A stretch of 64,000 nt of DNA from Chiloscyllium plagiosum. Lineage: Eukaryota. The position numbers and the translations under genes were made by a program. The stretch spans positions 48,343,896 to 48,407,895 of the forward strand of contig NC_057719.1 of NCBI RefSeq assembly GCF_004010195.1, given 5' to 3'. The notes beneath the pieces are model-generated. The model made no database searches. It was not told the DNA's origin and saw only the letters and a list, made by a program, of their open reading frames with translations. Shown in pieces: positions 14,085-27,495 of this stretch (position 1 is the stretch's first letter; every line of letters begins with the position of its first letter).

Positions 14085-14790
14085 GTAATTCATTTCTGGG
14101 ATGTGGATGTTGCTGAAAGGGTCAGCATTTATTGCCCGTTCCCAGTTGGCCTTTGGAAGATGGGAGTGAGCTGCCTTCTTAAACTGCTTAAACTAAATAT
14201 ACCCACAAAGCCATTTGGAAGGAAGTTCCAGGATTTTGAGCCAGTGATACAGAGAGAATGACAATATATTTCTAAGTCAGGATGGAGTGAATTGGAGGGA
14301 ACTTACAGGTATTGGTGTTCCTATGTATTGCTGCCCTTGTCCTTCCAGATGTTAGTGGTAGTGGGTCTGGAAGGTGCTTGGTGAATTTGGACAGTGCATC
14401 TTGTTGTTCGTACACACTTCTGATACTTAGCATTACTGGTGGAGAGAGTGAATGTTTCTGGATGTTGTGCTAGTTAAGCAGGCTTCTTTGTACTGTATAG
14501 TGTCAAGCTCCTTGCGTGTTGTTGGAAGCACATTCATCCAGGCAAGTGAGTAGTGTTTGATTACATTCCTGACCTGTACCTTGTAGGCGATAGACAGGCT
14601 TTGGAGAGGCAGGAGGTGAGTGATTTGCTGCAGGATTTCCAGCTTCTGACCTGCTCTTGTAGCCACAGTACTTATATGGCTAATCCAGTTAAGTTTCTGG
14701 TCAACAGTAACTGCAGGATATTGATAGTGGGGGATTCAGCAATGGTAATGCTATTGAATATCATGGGGCAATGATTAAATTCTCTCTTGT
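14085..14790 (-). mobile_element. 3' part of second LINE family (CR1/L2 group, YKAQVRS..MEY type)
   Basis: AGQKLEILQQITHLL..LSIAYKVQVRNV. The tail (rc atgctgacc..cacatccc) matches other copies. Confidence 0.8.
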
Positions 14791-14850
14791 TGGAGATGGT
14801 CAGGATCATGTGGAAGGTACTAAATTGGGGGAGGGAAAATTTAAGCAGTA

Positions 14851-16664
14851 CAGTAGCGCCTCGGCTTACGAACTTAATCCGTTCCGGGACCCAGTTTGCG
14901 AACTGAAAAGTTTGCGAACTGAATCAATTTTCCCATTGTTCGGATTTTTCCGGAGTCTTTTCTCTTTTCTGTCTCTTGGATGTTGGTGATGCCACAAGGA
15001 AACGATCCAGAGAAACTTGTTTTTTTTTTCTTTGTTGCAGAATTTTCTGAAAATGAGACATCACATTGTCATTTAAAATGTTCACTGCTCTGTTGGTCAC
15101 AGTTTTGTTAGGGTGATGCCTCTCAACAAAAGCAGGTTCACAATCTGGCCAAAGTTTCCTCCAGGCCGACTGCAACGTACGGAAAGAGACCTCGCTCCAT
15201 GCCTTATCAATAAGGCTTATGCAGTGGAGGATATTGAAGTGGTCCTTCCAGTACTGACCAAGGGTCAAATCTGTGTTGTTGGTGACCTGGAAACACCTGG
15301 CGAACAGAGCCTTCGTATATAATTTTTTTGAAATTTGCAATGACATTCTGGTCCATGGGTTGGATGAGAGGAGTGGTATTGGGAGGAAGGAACTTTACTT
15401 TTATGAAGTTGTATTCAATGTCCAAGTCTTCTTCCAAATTTGGAGGATGGGCAGGAGCATTGTCCATTACTAGAAGACACTTAAGTGGCAAATTATTTGT
15501 TTCAAGATATTCCTTGACAGCTGGTGCAAAAACTTCCGTCATCCATTCCATAAAAATCATTCGCATGACCCAAGCCTTGCTATTCGCCGTCCACATTACC
15601 GGGAGTTTAGCCTTCAACATATTATTGTGTTTAAAAATGAGAGGATTTTCAGAGTGGTAGACTAATAGAGGCTTAATCTTGCAATCCCCACTTGCACTCG
15701 CGCACAATAAAAGTGTTAACCTGTCCTTCATTGGTTTGTGGCCGGGTAGTGCCTTCTCCTCTTGGGTTATGTAGGTCCTTTTGGGCATTTTTTTCCAGAA
15801 ACGTCCAGTTTCATCACAGTTAAAAACTTGATGTGAGACATGACCTTCATCTTCGACAAACTTATTGAATTCCTTCACAAAGTCCTCTGCTGCCTTTTTT
15901 TCCGAACTAGCTGCTTCTTCATGCCTTATTACACTATGGATTCCAGTTCGTCGATGAAATTTATCAAACCAGCCTCTGCTGGCTTTAAATTCTTTAACGC
16001 TAGCAGTATTTGTACTCGGTGGTGTCGCCAACAAATCACGGTGTATGTGTACAGCCTTCTCGCAGATTAAAGTCTCATTAACACTATCTCCAGCAAGCTC
16101 TTTTTGATTTATCCAAACTAATAATAATTTTTTAACCTCGTCTAACAATTTAGGCCTTTGTTTCGTTAAAATAGCCACTCCTTTAGCCACGTCAGCTGCC
16201 TTTAGTGCCTCTTTGTTCTTTGGCATAGTACAGATAGTCGATTTTGCCATGTCGTACTGCATAGCGAGATCAGATACGCGAGCACCTTTTTCGTGTTTAG
16301 CTATTATTTCCTTCTTCGTTTCTACAGTAATATGTTTAGGCTTCTTAACACTACTAACACTAACACTTTTCACTTTCTTGGGAGCCATAATGAGGGCTAA
16401 TTTAATGCAAAAAACAAAAAAAAGTGTAAGAATGCTTGGACGTTGGATGTTCACAGCGCGCGAGCGCCAAAGACGAACTGAATGAGATCACATGGGGCCC
16501 GAGAGCTTTTGCATTCAAAGCGCGCGTAGAAAAGCAGAACAATGACAATGAAACCACAGGCTTTTTGCGTTCGTACCTTCGTTCGTACCTTGAATTTCGT
16601 ACGTACTTTGAAGCAAAATTTTACTTACAAAGAACAGGGTCATTCGTATGTCGAGGCACTACTG
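14851..16664 (-). mobile_element. Tigger/pogo DNA transposon, near full length
   Basis: 22-bp TIRs CAGTAGCGCCTCGGCTTACGAA / CAGTAGTGCCTCGACATACGAA, with TA duplications at 14849-14850 and 16665-16666. Inserted in a CR1 fragment. Confidence 0.95.
14924..16388 (-). pseudogene. Tigger/pogo transposase (one frameshift, probable internal deletion)
   Basis: Starts MAPKKVK at 16388. Psq/CENP-B HTH, FKASRGWFDKF, NCDETG, MDNAPAHP, QPMDQ. Frameshift in the T-run near 15325, then continues KKLYTK..AWRKLWP..QVSLDRFL. Confidence 0.92.
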
Positions 16665-16666
16665 TA

Positions 16667-17515
16667 TTAGGGAGTGTTAATTAGGTGGAGCTGTTATCAG
16701 GTCAGTCCACATTTGACATGTTGGAACTGTTTAAAAGTCTGCTGGAGAGAGTTCAAGACTCGCATGTTCCAGTATGGAGAATGGACAAGGATTGCGAGGT
16801 AAGGGATTTTTTGATAATGAGGGAGGTTGTGAATTTAGTCAAAAGGAAGAAGCCAAAATTACCTTGGCAAGTATGATTAAAGAGAATCCCAAAGCAGTCA
16901 ATTGCTATTTTAAAAATAAGACGATAAATAAGGAGAAGATCGGACCACTCAAGGATAAAGGAGGGAACTTGTGCTTGGAGGCAGAGGATGTGGATAAGTA
17001 CTTTGCATCGATATTCAACCAGTAAAAGGATATGGAGGATAGTGAGCTTTGTGTGGAGCATACTAATATGCTAGGGCATTTTGAGATCAAGAAAGAAGTG
17101 GTGCTGGATGTCTTGAAGAAAATTAAGGTGATAAGTCCCCAGGGCCCGATGGTTACTACCCCAGGTTATTGAGAAAGGAGCCTTGACCAAGATGTTTGGC
17201 TACTCGCCAGTCCTCTGGATCCTCTCCAGTGGCAAGAGAGGAAACAATGCTGTTCCTCTGTTCAATAAGGGAATTAGGGATCATCGAGGAAACTGTAGGA
17301 CATTAAGCCTCACATCGGTGGTCAGGAAGCTATTGGGAGAGAATTCTTAGGATAGGATTTATGCACATTTGGAACAGCATGGCCGAATTAGGGACAGTCA
17401 GCATGGCTTTGTGCAGGACAGGTCATGTCTTACGAACTTCATTGAATTTTTCAAAGGTGATCGATAAGCGTAGAACAGTGGATGTTGTTTACATGGCTTT
17501 TAGTAAGGATTTTGA
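16667..17515 (+). mobile_element. CR1 ORF2 fragment (host of the Tigger; begins about 14800)
   Basis: IKENPK..YFKNK..KEKIGPLKDKGG, DKSPGPDG, SQHGF. Confidence 0.85.
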
Positions 17516-17644
17516 TTGAAACCGGATTGATCATTTGGGGTGTTGGTAATGATAGAGTGGGGTATATTCTAGGCCACGAGGAGTACAGTTCAGCTGCTAT
17601 TGATGGCCTACAGCACTTCATTAATGCTCAGCCTTGAGTTCACA

Positions 17645-17930
17645 CATCATAGAACCCCTACAGTTTGGAAACATACCATTTAGCCCGAAAAGGCCACACC
17701 GACCCTCCGAAGAGTAACCCACCCAGACCCATTCGGACCCTATTGCTCTACATTTACCCCTGATTAATGCAACTAATCTACACATCCCTGAACACTATGG
17801 ACAATTTAGCATAGCCATTTCACCTAACCTGCACATCTTTGGATTGTGGGAGGAAACCAGAGCACCCAGAGGAATTCCACGCAGACGTGGGGAAAATGTG
17901 CAAACTCCACACAGACAGTTGGCCAAGACC
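17645..17930 (-). mobile_element. HE1/V-type SINE (5' truncated) inside a LINE family 2 fragment (17515-18180)
   Basis: Reverse complement of the V-domain (gtttgcacatt..ggtttcctcccacaatccaaagatgtgcagg). Confidence 0.85.
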
Positions 17931-18889
17931 GTGTCGTCCATAGATGCTGGTAGATGTGGTCAAATTCTATCCCATTTAGCACAGTGATGGTGCCATACTA
18001 TGCACAGTAGGGTTTTCTCAATGTCAAAATAGGACTTAATCTCCAAAGGACTGTCTGTTACTGATACTGTCATGGAAAGATGCATCTGCGTCAGACAGGT
18101 TAGTGAGGATGAGGTTAAGTACGTCTTTCACTCTTTTCTTTAATTCCCTCACCATCACCTTCTGAAACCAGTTATGACCTTTTATGGCAGTTTTGGAAGA
18201 AGAGTCATACTGGACTTGAAACAGTAACTCTGTTTCTCTCACAACAAAGGCTGCCAGACCTGGTGAGTTTCTCTAGCATTTTTTGCATTTATTTTATTAA
18301 GGATTGGTTTGTATTGATCATAGTGGACAGACAAACATGAATTTTGCAGATGAAGAAATGTGCATTTTATATATTTGAGAAGTGAGAATAATTAGTAGTT
18401 TGATTATCAACCTGCTGAATTATGTCATGAATGCTCCTTCCATAGCCAACAAGTTCTTGCACAGGGCTTGAATCATGAACTTCTAAATCAGAGTTAGGGG
18501 CATTACCAACTTGTCCCCAAGTCCTCTTAATGGCATACTAAAAGCTATGGGAAATATAAATCTGACTGTAGGGTTAGAGGATACAAATTCAAATAATTAT
18601 CCATAAGTAGAATGCATGGAAAGAGTTAGTGGAAGTAAAAATGCTAAAATTAATTATGATGCAATTGGATAATTACAGTAGATGCCACACTGTGTGTCTT
18701 TCTCAATCAACTAAGATTGATCTTTGTTATCCATATTTATTAGAAAATAGAAAATGTATAGTTCTTGATGTTAACCCTGCCTACCAACTAATTACTGAAT
18801 TAAACCACAAAATTCAATTTATGTATTATTTGCTATTTTCATCTTCCTGAATTTATAAAGAATCTGATACTCCCCATAGTTTCCATTTT

Positions 18890-19145
18890 TTCTATCCCTC
18901 CATGTCAAGTGAAGAGAATTTTCTTCACTCAAGAGATTTTGAATCTTTGGAACTCTCTACTTCAGAAATTATGCATGGTTGATGTTTGACTACTTTTCAG
19001 GATAAGATGTTCAGATTTATAGTCTTTCAGGGAATTGAGGGATAGAAGGTGCAGGCTGGAGAGTGGAGTTGAAGTAGAACATTAGTCATGGTCATATTGA
19101 ATGGTGGAACAAGCTGCCATTTGGTCTACTCTGCTTATGTTTTTT
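18890..19145 (+). mobile_element. Old CR1 3' fragment
   Basis: Resembles the gagaatttcttcactca..tggaactct..attgaatggtggaac 3' end. Confidence 0.55.
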
Positions 19146-20699
19146 GTTTCAGTTCCAAACTATTTTTGTTGAAATGAATTCCACTCTCCTTCATTTCTGT
19201 CAGTGAACTACTACCTTTGAACTAAGGTTTAGTTCAGTAAGCCAAGCAATGATTGAGTTTTCATGTATTCACTTTTGTTTTGACACAAAATTCCATGCTT
19301 GTATTTATGCGGTTACAAAAATATCTTTGTATAACTTTTACTGTTATATAAATTTATAAAAAGACCTTTATATAGTAGCTTCAGAATACTGCTTCTGATG
19401 AAATAAGTAACATAGAGGTGGAGAGCACTCTTTGCTAGAGTCTGCATTAATAATTGCATAACTGCTGAAACACTCAATGCAGATTAAAAAAGAAAGTGAA
19501 AATAGCATCATGGTTGCTAAGGCTGAAACAGAAGAAATTCTCCTAAGAAGAGAATATACGTAAACCCACCTATCTTTAGGATATTAAAAAACAACAATGA
19601 CGCAACCAAAATAATCAAGTGGACATTAACATTGCTGTGGCTGACAGTTACAATAGTGAAAGGAAACCTCTTGTTCAGTCTGCCTCTTGCAATTACCACC
19701 CCACCCGCCATCTGTAACCTGCTTTGTAAGGCTCTCCTATTATTAGTTTGTATTATGTAGGTTGAATCATACACACTGTATGCTCAATTTCATACCTATA
19801 AACAGTACTTATTTTAAAGATGAACTTGATAACTGACCTGCTTGACTATAATTATTTACCAATTTGTTTTAACTATTTACAGTTTTACTGCTGATTCACT
19901 TAAACTGAAGTTTTTCATTCTTTTCTTTAATGTTCCTTCCTGATACGGCACATATCCTTTATTCTTCACCACATTCTGTTATATGTTCTCTTTAACATAC
20001 ACATTTGGCAACCAAGGGAATAGAATATTAAAACTGTTGACAGGTATCTTCAAGAAACCAAGTCCATGAGAGATACCCTTTTGATTTCCCTCTTTTCAGG
20101 AGAAATGTCAAACATTTCTTAGCACTCCTTGTGAAGAGTAGCTGAGGAATGGAACTCAATAGTGTGAGAAGTAAAATTATTCCATGGCACCAGAAATTGG
20201 TGATCTAACATATGGCACTATGCTGCTGCTTAAAAGCTGCATAACTATTTCCATATTTAAACATGTTGCTGACTTTTTTTTTCTCCAGTGTGGGAACAGG
20301 AGTATAAACTATTGACACTACTCAGGTCTCCTCTGCCATTCATTTACATCTTGGCTGACCAGTTGTTTATCATAATTTTCCTATCTTTGTTGCATGTTGC
20401 TTGATATCCTTACCTGGAAATGTTGAGGTGGCTCTCAGCCATCTCTTGGGCTCATCCCTTTCCCACTCAAGTTTGTGAAACCCATCCAGTTTCTGTCTGT
20501 CGTGTCAGAGCAATCTAGAAAAAGGAGATAAAACATGATGGGTATTAATTTGATGTCATTTTTCTTATTTGTCTCCATATTTTAAAATACAAAGGAGAAC
20601 ACAAACATGTTTCCTATTTAAAATTAGGTACAAACACATTAAAATTTTCTCTTGTTCTCCCTGTATCAAATTAAGGAAGTGAACATGGATAGTAATTTT

Positions 20700-21290
20700 G
20701 GAGTTCTACCAGTTCTTCATGTGGACGCATGTGTTACAAAGGCCCAACAATGCCTCTTCTTCCTCAGGCAGCTGAGGAAATTTGGCATGATGGCATATAC
20801 CCTTGCCAACTTTTATAGGTGCGCCATCAAGAGCATTCTGTCTGGATGTATCACTGCCTGGTATTCAAGATTGGAGACGGTTACAGAGAGTGGTTAACTC
20901 GGCCTGGACAATCACAAAGGCCAACCTCCCATCTATAGAATCCATGTACCAGGTCCGCTGTCAATGGAAGGCCACCAGCATTCTCAAAGATCCATTCCAC
21001 CCTGGCAATGTTTTTCTACAACCTTTACCATCGGGGAGGAGGTACAGAAGCCTGAACACATGCACCAGCTGGTTTCGAAACAGTTTCTACCCCACTGTTG
21101 TTAGAATACTGAATGGACCCACAAACTCTTAACATTCGCTTGGACTTGTGTTTTGTTTTTGTCGCTGTTTACCTATTATTTACTTATCTATGCTACTTAA
21201 TTATGTGATCTGCCTGCATTGCTCGCAAGATAAAGCTTTTCACTGTGCCTCGGTACATGTGACAATAAATTCAATTCAATTCAGTTCAAT
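20700..21290 (+). mobile_element. Rex1/Babar-type LINE 3' end
   Basis: KAQQCLFFLRQLRKF..LANFYRCAIKSILSGCITAWY, LQRVV, LPSGRRYRS..RNSFYP. Ends in a (ttcaa)n tail. Confidence 0.85.
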
Positions 21291-22157
21291 GGAAAAACAG
21301 CAAACTGTAGTGATTTGAAAGAAAAATGAAGAGAAAGACTAGATAAAGTTGGTATTTTACAGTTAAGGAGGAATAGAAAAGAATGAGTTACATAATAACT
21401 ATAATCAGGCATAAGATTAGTTAGAAAGAAGAGCATGGAAGTGAACATCTGGTAACCCAGGATGCCAGAAATCAGTTTTTATTAGCAGATCAAGCTAAAA
21501 ATATTCAAGTTACATACTATCATTGTTTCCATCTTTTATAAAAAATACTTCCTAATTCATCACTTTTGAAAAATATACATTTAGTTGCTCTCACATATTT
21601 CTTTTACAGTGGATGGGGCCCCTGTAGTCTCTTAGAATTCAATCAGCGCTGATCTGGAATTGTCACCTTGAACAAATACCACAGAAGAGCATGTTGATTT
21701 TCTCTAATTTATTTAATTGCTTTCTTTTCTGAGAAAACATTTCAGGCTTTCTCAGTACTTCACTCATATTAAATGTAACACATAGAGATTCACTGAATGT
21801 AATATTCCTCTATGCAAATTGACTAGATTTCACCACCTAAATTCCAATATTTTGAAGCGTAGGATTAGAAAACTACAAATTACAATAATAAGGAATAGAT
21901 GAAACTATAGGTTTCAGATCAAACTCAAGGTCTAGAATTTGCAGAACAGTTGAGAAAGTGAGTTACGGAAAGTAAGCAAACAACTGCAGTCAGGTGAAAA
22001 TAGCGTTCCACTGAAGCATTTTATTTTCTCAATCAAAAAAGTTATTCAAGAAAAACTTGCATTTCTATAACATTTTTTGTGACCTCAGGGCATCTTAAAG
22101 TGATTTAAAGCCACCATTTAATTGCTACTGAAATGTAGGAAATATGGCAGACAAAAG

Positions 22158-22458
22158 TGGCACGGTGGTACAGTGGTTAGCACTGCTGCCTCACAGCGCC
22201 AAAGACCTGGGTTCAATTCCCACCTCAGGCAACTGTGTGGAATTTGCACATTCTCTCCGTGTCTGTGTGGGTTTCCTCTGGGTGCATCGGTTTCCTCCCA
22301 CAGTCCAAAAATGTGCAGGTTAGGTGAATTGGCCATGCTAAATTGCCTGTAATGTTAGGTGAAGGGGTAAATGTAGGGGAATGGGTCTGGGTGGGTTGCG
22401 CTTCGGTGGGTCAGTATGGACTTGTTGGGCCTGTTTCCACAGTAAGTAATCTAATAAA
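22158..22458 (+). mobile_element. HE1/V-type SINE
   Basis: tRNA-like head (A box tggtacagtggttag, B box ggttcaattcc), V-domain, CR1-like tail. Confidence 0.92.
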
Positions 22459-22784
22459 ATTACTTCTATTGACCATAAAACTTAAGAACGAGTTCATGGA
22501 ATACAAAAGAAAAATCTGTATTAAATGAAATATGGAAAAGTTATGAAGGTTATGACAGACTAAAGCTATTCATGATACATTATCTGGAACATATTCAAGA
22601 TTCTCATTGTGTCCAGACAGGAAAATTATGTCTTTAAAATTTGAACCTTGTAGAGGAATATGCCATGAGTAATATTACCTATATTGCTGTTTACATCATC
22701 CTTTTTTATTCTTTCATAGGATGTGGGCATTTGCTGGCAAAGCCAGCATTTGTTGTCCATGCCTGATTAGCCTTGAACCAACTC

Positions 22785-23175
22785 TTACATTGCCACAATG
22801 AACCAAACTGCAAATTGGAGGAACAACGCATCATCTTCCTCCTGGGCAGCCTACAGTCCGGAGGACTCAACATTGAGTTCTCCAATTTCAAATAAGTTCC
22901 TTCCCTTCCCCCAACTCCCTTCCCAACCCCTCCCGCTCCCTTCCACTTCTCCCAGCCACCTACCGGATTCATTTCTCCCGTTGAACAACCAGGTTGGACC
23001 CTCTGCCTGCCTTCACCTATCCCCACTTCACAACCCCGCCCCAGCCATCCCCTTTATGAGCAGTTCCCCTTACACCCACCCTAGTCCTGAAGAAGGATTA
23101 CACCTGAAACGTCAACTTCTCCATCTCCTGTTGGTGCCTGGCTTGCTGTGTTCTTCCAGCCTCCTGCTTTCTCTG
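22785..23175 (+). mobile_element. Penelope-like element (Neptune-type) 3' end: GIY-YIG C-terminus plus hammerhead-bearing 3' repeat
   Basis: LHCHNEPNCKLEEQRIIFLLGSLQSGGLNIEFSNFK*, a pyrimidine tract, then CTGAAGA..GAAACGTC at 23087-23113. Nested in a family-2 SINE (22705-23430, -). Confidence 0.82.
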
Positions 23176-23639
23176 CTAGACCATTGCAGCAAGCAGCTTA
23201 GAGTCAAACACATTGCTGTGGGTCAGGGATTACATGTAGGCCATTGCACGTCGGAAACAGATTCCCTTTCCTAAATGTCATTAATGAATGAGATGGGTTT
23301 TTATTAAATGATTGTTTCGTGTTCATCTTTTCTGGTACAAGCTTTATGTTTTGAGATTTATTAGTTGAATTTAAATTCTACCAACTAAGTATCTCGAATA
23401 TGACTAGTTCAAATTATCATTATGTCACCATCTCAATGTCCCGTTATCAATGGCAGCAAAACGTTAGAATTTGAAACACAAAAGTCAACAATTATGAATG
23501 AATATAGCACACTGTGCAAGGAACACTGTGCAAGGGTTTCTGTCTGAACCATGTGAGGAATAGGCAAGGGTTACCATTGCTTGGACAAGGATAGCTAAAG
23601 AGGAAAGACCAAAGGAAAGGTGAAAAGAAGATAAAACAT

Positions 23640-26200
23640 AGTGAATTTAAATGTTATTAGCCTGACTGGGAGAAGTAGTGGAGTAATTGACATGATTGTG
23701 AGAAATGGGATACAAATCACACAGTTCTGGAAACAAAGTAAAATGGCAGCAAAATAAGAGATATTGGTAGTGGAATTAACCTATACTACCAGAGACAAGA
23801 TGGTAAATTAAATGATGTTAGATTAGCACTAAGTGAGAAAATAAAGGACAAAGTGTCAGAGTGGACAGAATCAAAAACAGAATCATTAAATTAAAGGTAG
23901 AAATAAAGGATGAAATAGGATGGATGTGGAAAGAAAAGAATTCTGGGAACATATGGACAGTCCAATTTAAACAGTAACAAGCAATGAAAGACTAATGGCA
24001 GGAGGAAACCTGAATGGACATATAGGGAGAGAAAGAGAGGGATATAAGTTTATTCATGATGGACAGGGTTTTAAAGAAGCAAATGAAGAAGGAGCCATGA
24101 TCATTTTTGGAAGATAATTACTTGGTACCAAAAATATAGAAACCACCTTAGAACCTACAAAAATAGTCGTGGAGAAACACAGCTGGATTACATCATGGTT
24201 AGAACATTCAAAGGACTATAAAGTCTTTCCAAGGGAGGTACTGACCACCTAACATAGAATGCTTATTGCAAAGTAAAGAAATTACAGTTGAGAGGGAGGT
24301 AGTATTTTGCAGTTTTAACAGACATAAAATTAAATAAGTCCCCAGGTCTGGATGGGAAGTATCCCCTAAATGCTGTGGGATGAAACGGATAAGATTGCAG
24401 GCATTGCAGATCAGTGCAATTCTCAAGGCAATAGAGGAAAAGCACTTTAGTACCAATTTGTAAAGATCAGGAAAATGATCGAAATTGCAAGAATTAAACT
24501 CCTATTAAATATTTTCAAGTTGTGGGAGATAGTCGTGGACCAGAGATTGAGAGAAAAAAAAGAGATATCCATGAAGATAAGTTTGGATTCATACCCAGAA
24601 GAAGGACTACTGATGCTATTTTTGTTTTGAGACAATTGATGGACCAATATCAGGAAGACCAATACAACATGAAGATTGTGTTAATTAATCTAGTGAATGC
24701 TTGTGACTATATGCCTAATGTGAAATTCTAGATATGTTTTGGAATTCATGGAGTTGCTGAGAAGTATATATGATGATTACAGGATATGTATAAGGTGTGC
24801 CAGAAAACAGTAAGGAGCAGCATAGGTGAGAGTGAGACTTTCAAAGTGTGAATACACCAAGGATTGGCATGAGGTGCATCTGTTCTTGATTGTAATGCAT
24901 ATTTAAACTGAGCAGTTGAAATAGAAAATGCCATAGGTCAATAATGCTTATAGATGATGTTGAGCTATGTGGTGGAGATGATGAGAATATGACTGAGCAC
25001 TTGGAGAAAAGCCCAGGAAGACAATGGTTTGAAATCATGATCCCAAAGCTCCAATATATGACTGTCATTTTGAGCCTAGAAAAAAGGAGCAGAATGAGAG
25101 TGTAAAGATTATGGGAGAAAGTAAATAGATACAAATTATTGGTGTTAGAAGTGACACAAGGTGGAAGTATTGTGATAAAAGATGTGTGGGATTGATTACT
25201 TTTGTGAAGGGCTTAAAAAAAGCCATTCTGCAACTGTACCTAAGTTAGTGTTAGAGAGCATGTTTTAATATACTCCATCATATGTTTATAAAAGATAGTT
25301 TGTTTATACAATGGAATTTAGGGGAGAGAGAGCAAACATTGAAAGACATTATCTTGCCTTTTGTTTGGAATAATCAAGAATTGGTTTTAGCTTAGAAAAA
25401 CCTAGACACTGAAAGCTTTTCGGGCGGTTTCAGAAGAAAATTGAGGTGGAATGCAAATATACCATTTGAAAAGGATAAGATTGCAGGCGTTGCAGTTCAG
25501 TGCAATTCTCAAGGCCATAGAGGAAAAGCACTTTAGTACCAATTTGTAAAGATCAGGAAAATGATTGAAATTGCAAGAATTAAACTCCTCTCAAATATTT
25601 TCAAGATGTGGGAGATAATCGTGGACCAGAGATTTAAATGGAAACTTCAAAGAAAGCTCAGATACAGCAGTGATCATAAGAGTATGCAAATTGGAATTCA
25701 GCAATGGATTGTATCTGGCTAATGTAATTGTAAGTAGTGCAGTAGAATGAAATGTTATAGAAATCACAGAAACTAAAAGTAAAAATCTACAAGACAATTG
25801 TCACATCAACTTTGCTACATATCAATTTGGCCAACATCAAGAAGAGGGGAACAATGACTGGATACTAATGAGATGTGAATGCTAAGATAGATATATGGAT
25901 TTAAGAGGACAGAGAAAATCAAGAACCAACACATCAAGATTTTATGAGCATTGAAGAAGGTTGCCAAGGAGAGATTGAAATTGTGTGGTTGGAAAGAGAG
26001 AGAGAGAGAGAGAGAGAGGAAATGTGATAGGACTAGTGATGGAGAGTGGACTGCTAGGAGAAAGGAGAAGTGAAAGGTTTAAAGCCAGATAGAAAGATGA
26101 GGTGGTAAGATAATTAAGCAGGAGGATTGAAAGGGGAATGGTGACTCACTGGAGAACAGAGATCAGGCAGCATTGTGGGGACACCAAACAAAACTAGAAA
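23640..26200 (+). mobile_element. Highly degraded RTE-clade LINE
   Basis: LNV.SLTGRS (endonuclease start), FGFIPRRRTTDAIFVLRQLM, a decayed HQG and ..DD motif. Interrupted and partly duplicated. Confidence 0.7.
25996..26018. repeat. (GA)n microsatellite
   Basis: Direct reading. Confidence 0.95.
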
Positions 26201-27414
26201 AGCCAAAAGAAATAATCAGCTAACTTAATTTTATTCACTGAGAATTAAAAGAATTAATGCATTATGAACTTTAGGCATATCTCATGATTATAAGTAGGAT
26301 TATTGTCATATCGTCACTCACTATCTGTATATTGCTGGGGCAGAAGCTTTTAGGATGTATTTGAAGATTGTTCTGTGGGAGCTCACAAAGCTAACTGGGG
26401 ATAACAAATGTATCCTAGATCATTAGTAGTCTGAAAATTTATAAACATTGAAATCCTGTTTACCCTATACTTGCTGCCATGCTGTGTCTTTAAACATAAT
26501 AAATTGCCAGATTCCTGTAAATTTGCAGAAGACCTGATTGCAACTGGTATTAAGGATTATCCATTGCAGCCTAGAACGACAATTTCCCGTGTGTTGATGA
26601 GCTCTGAAGTGGCAGTGAGAACAATGCAGGCTTGTTTGCCATCATGAAGTTGATGACAGAGCTGCCTTCCTATCGCTTTGGCAAAGTCCCCTGCACGTAT
26701 ACACATCTCCTTAGTGAGATCCTCATGTGAACTGTGTTGCCTCTATATTTAAAATGTTTGTGGAGGGGAAAGTGTAATATCTGATATAAACCACCTTACT
26801 TAAATCGTGCTTGGTTCTTCTGTGCTCTCGAGTTCCCCTATAACAATAATGATGGGTAGATGGGTATGCTGATTGGGAATGTTAATCTTGTCCTTACAGT
26901 GGAAGGTGACTGAATATCTGCCAGTCATGTGAACTAGTAGAAGCAGAGTGAAGCCAATACAAGGCAGAATCGAGAAACAATGGCTAAAAAAGAATATTCC
27001 ACATTTTTTTCTGTCAGAGGCACTTTGATTTCACCTGTCTAAGCTGGCCCTAACTTTCCCTGAGTGAGTGTATTGTAAGTATAAAAGCAGGAAATACTGA
27101 GCTACAGCATTAATAGTTCTTAATCGCATATTTAAATATGGAAATATAGGACTCAGTGGGCAGTTTACAAGATGAGGCAAAAAGAATGATGAATGTACAA
27201 AAGCAGTTTTCAGTTTGAAAACAATAAACATTAATTTTGCCTGATTTCTTTCCCACAAAGTGTATTTCCATTCATTATGCAAAGGAATTGCACTGAAAGT
27301 AATGAGGCAGTATAACCCCAAATTGCACAATACTGAAGTCATCAAGGTCTCAGCTGAAAATGTGTTGCTGGAAAAGCGCAGCAGGTCAGGCAGCATCCAG
27401 GGAACAGGAGAATC

Positions 27415-27442
27415 GACGTTTCGGGCATAAGCCCTTCTTCAG
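27415..27442 (-). ncRNA. Minimal hammerhead ribozyme motif (antisense twin)
   Basis: Reverse complement is CTGAAGAAGGGCTTATGCCCGAAACGTC. Confidence 0.75.
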
Positions 27443-27453
27443 GGCTTCCTGAA

Positions 27454-27495
27454 GAGATTCCTGAAGAAGGGCTTATGCCCGAAACGTCGATTCTC
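27454..27495 (+). ncRNA. Minimal type I hammerhead ribozyme motif (intact core)
   Basis: gagattc-CTGAAGA-A-GGGC-ttat-GCCC-GAAAC-GTC-gattctc. Stem I pairs 6 of 7, and the predicted cleavage is after 27488. Confidence 0.8.

Noticed and set aside
15207..16454. Transposase as a domesticated TIGD host gene
   Set aside because: It retains TIRs and a TA TSD, sits inside a CR1, and is frameshifted.
19500..19760. Possible conserved non-coding enhancer in TE-poor sequence
   Set aside because: It cannot be supported without a cross-species alignment.
22158..22235. tRNA gene
   Set aside because: The A and B boxes belong to a SINE head continuing into the V-domain. The same applies to the other HE1 copies.
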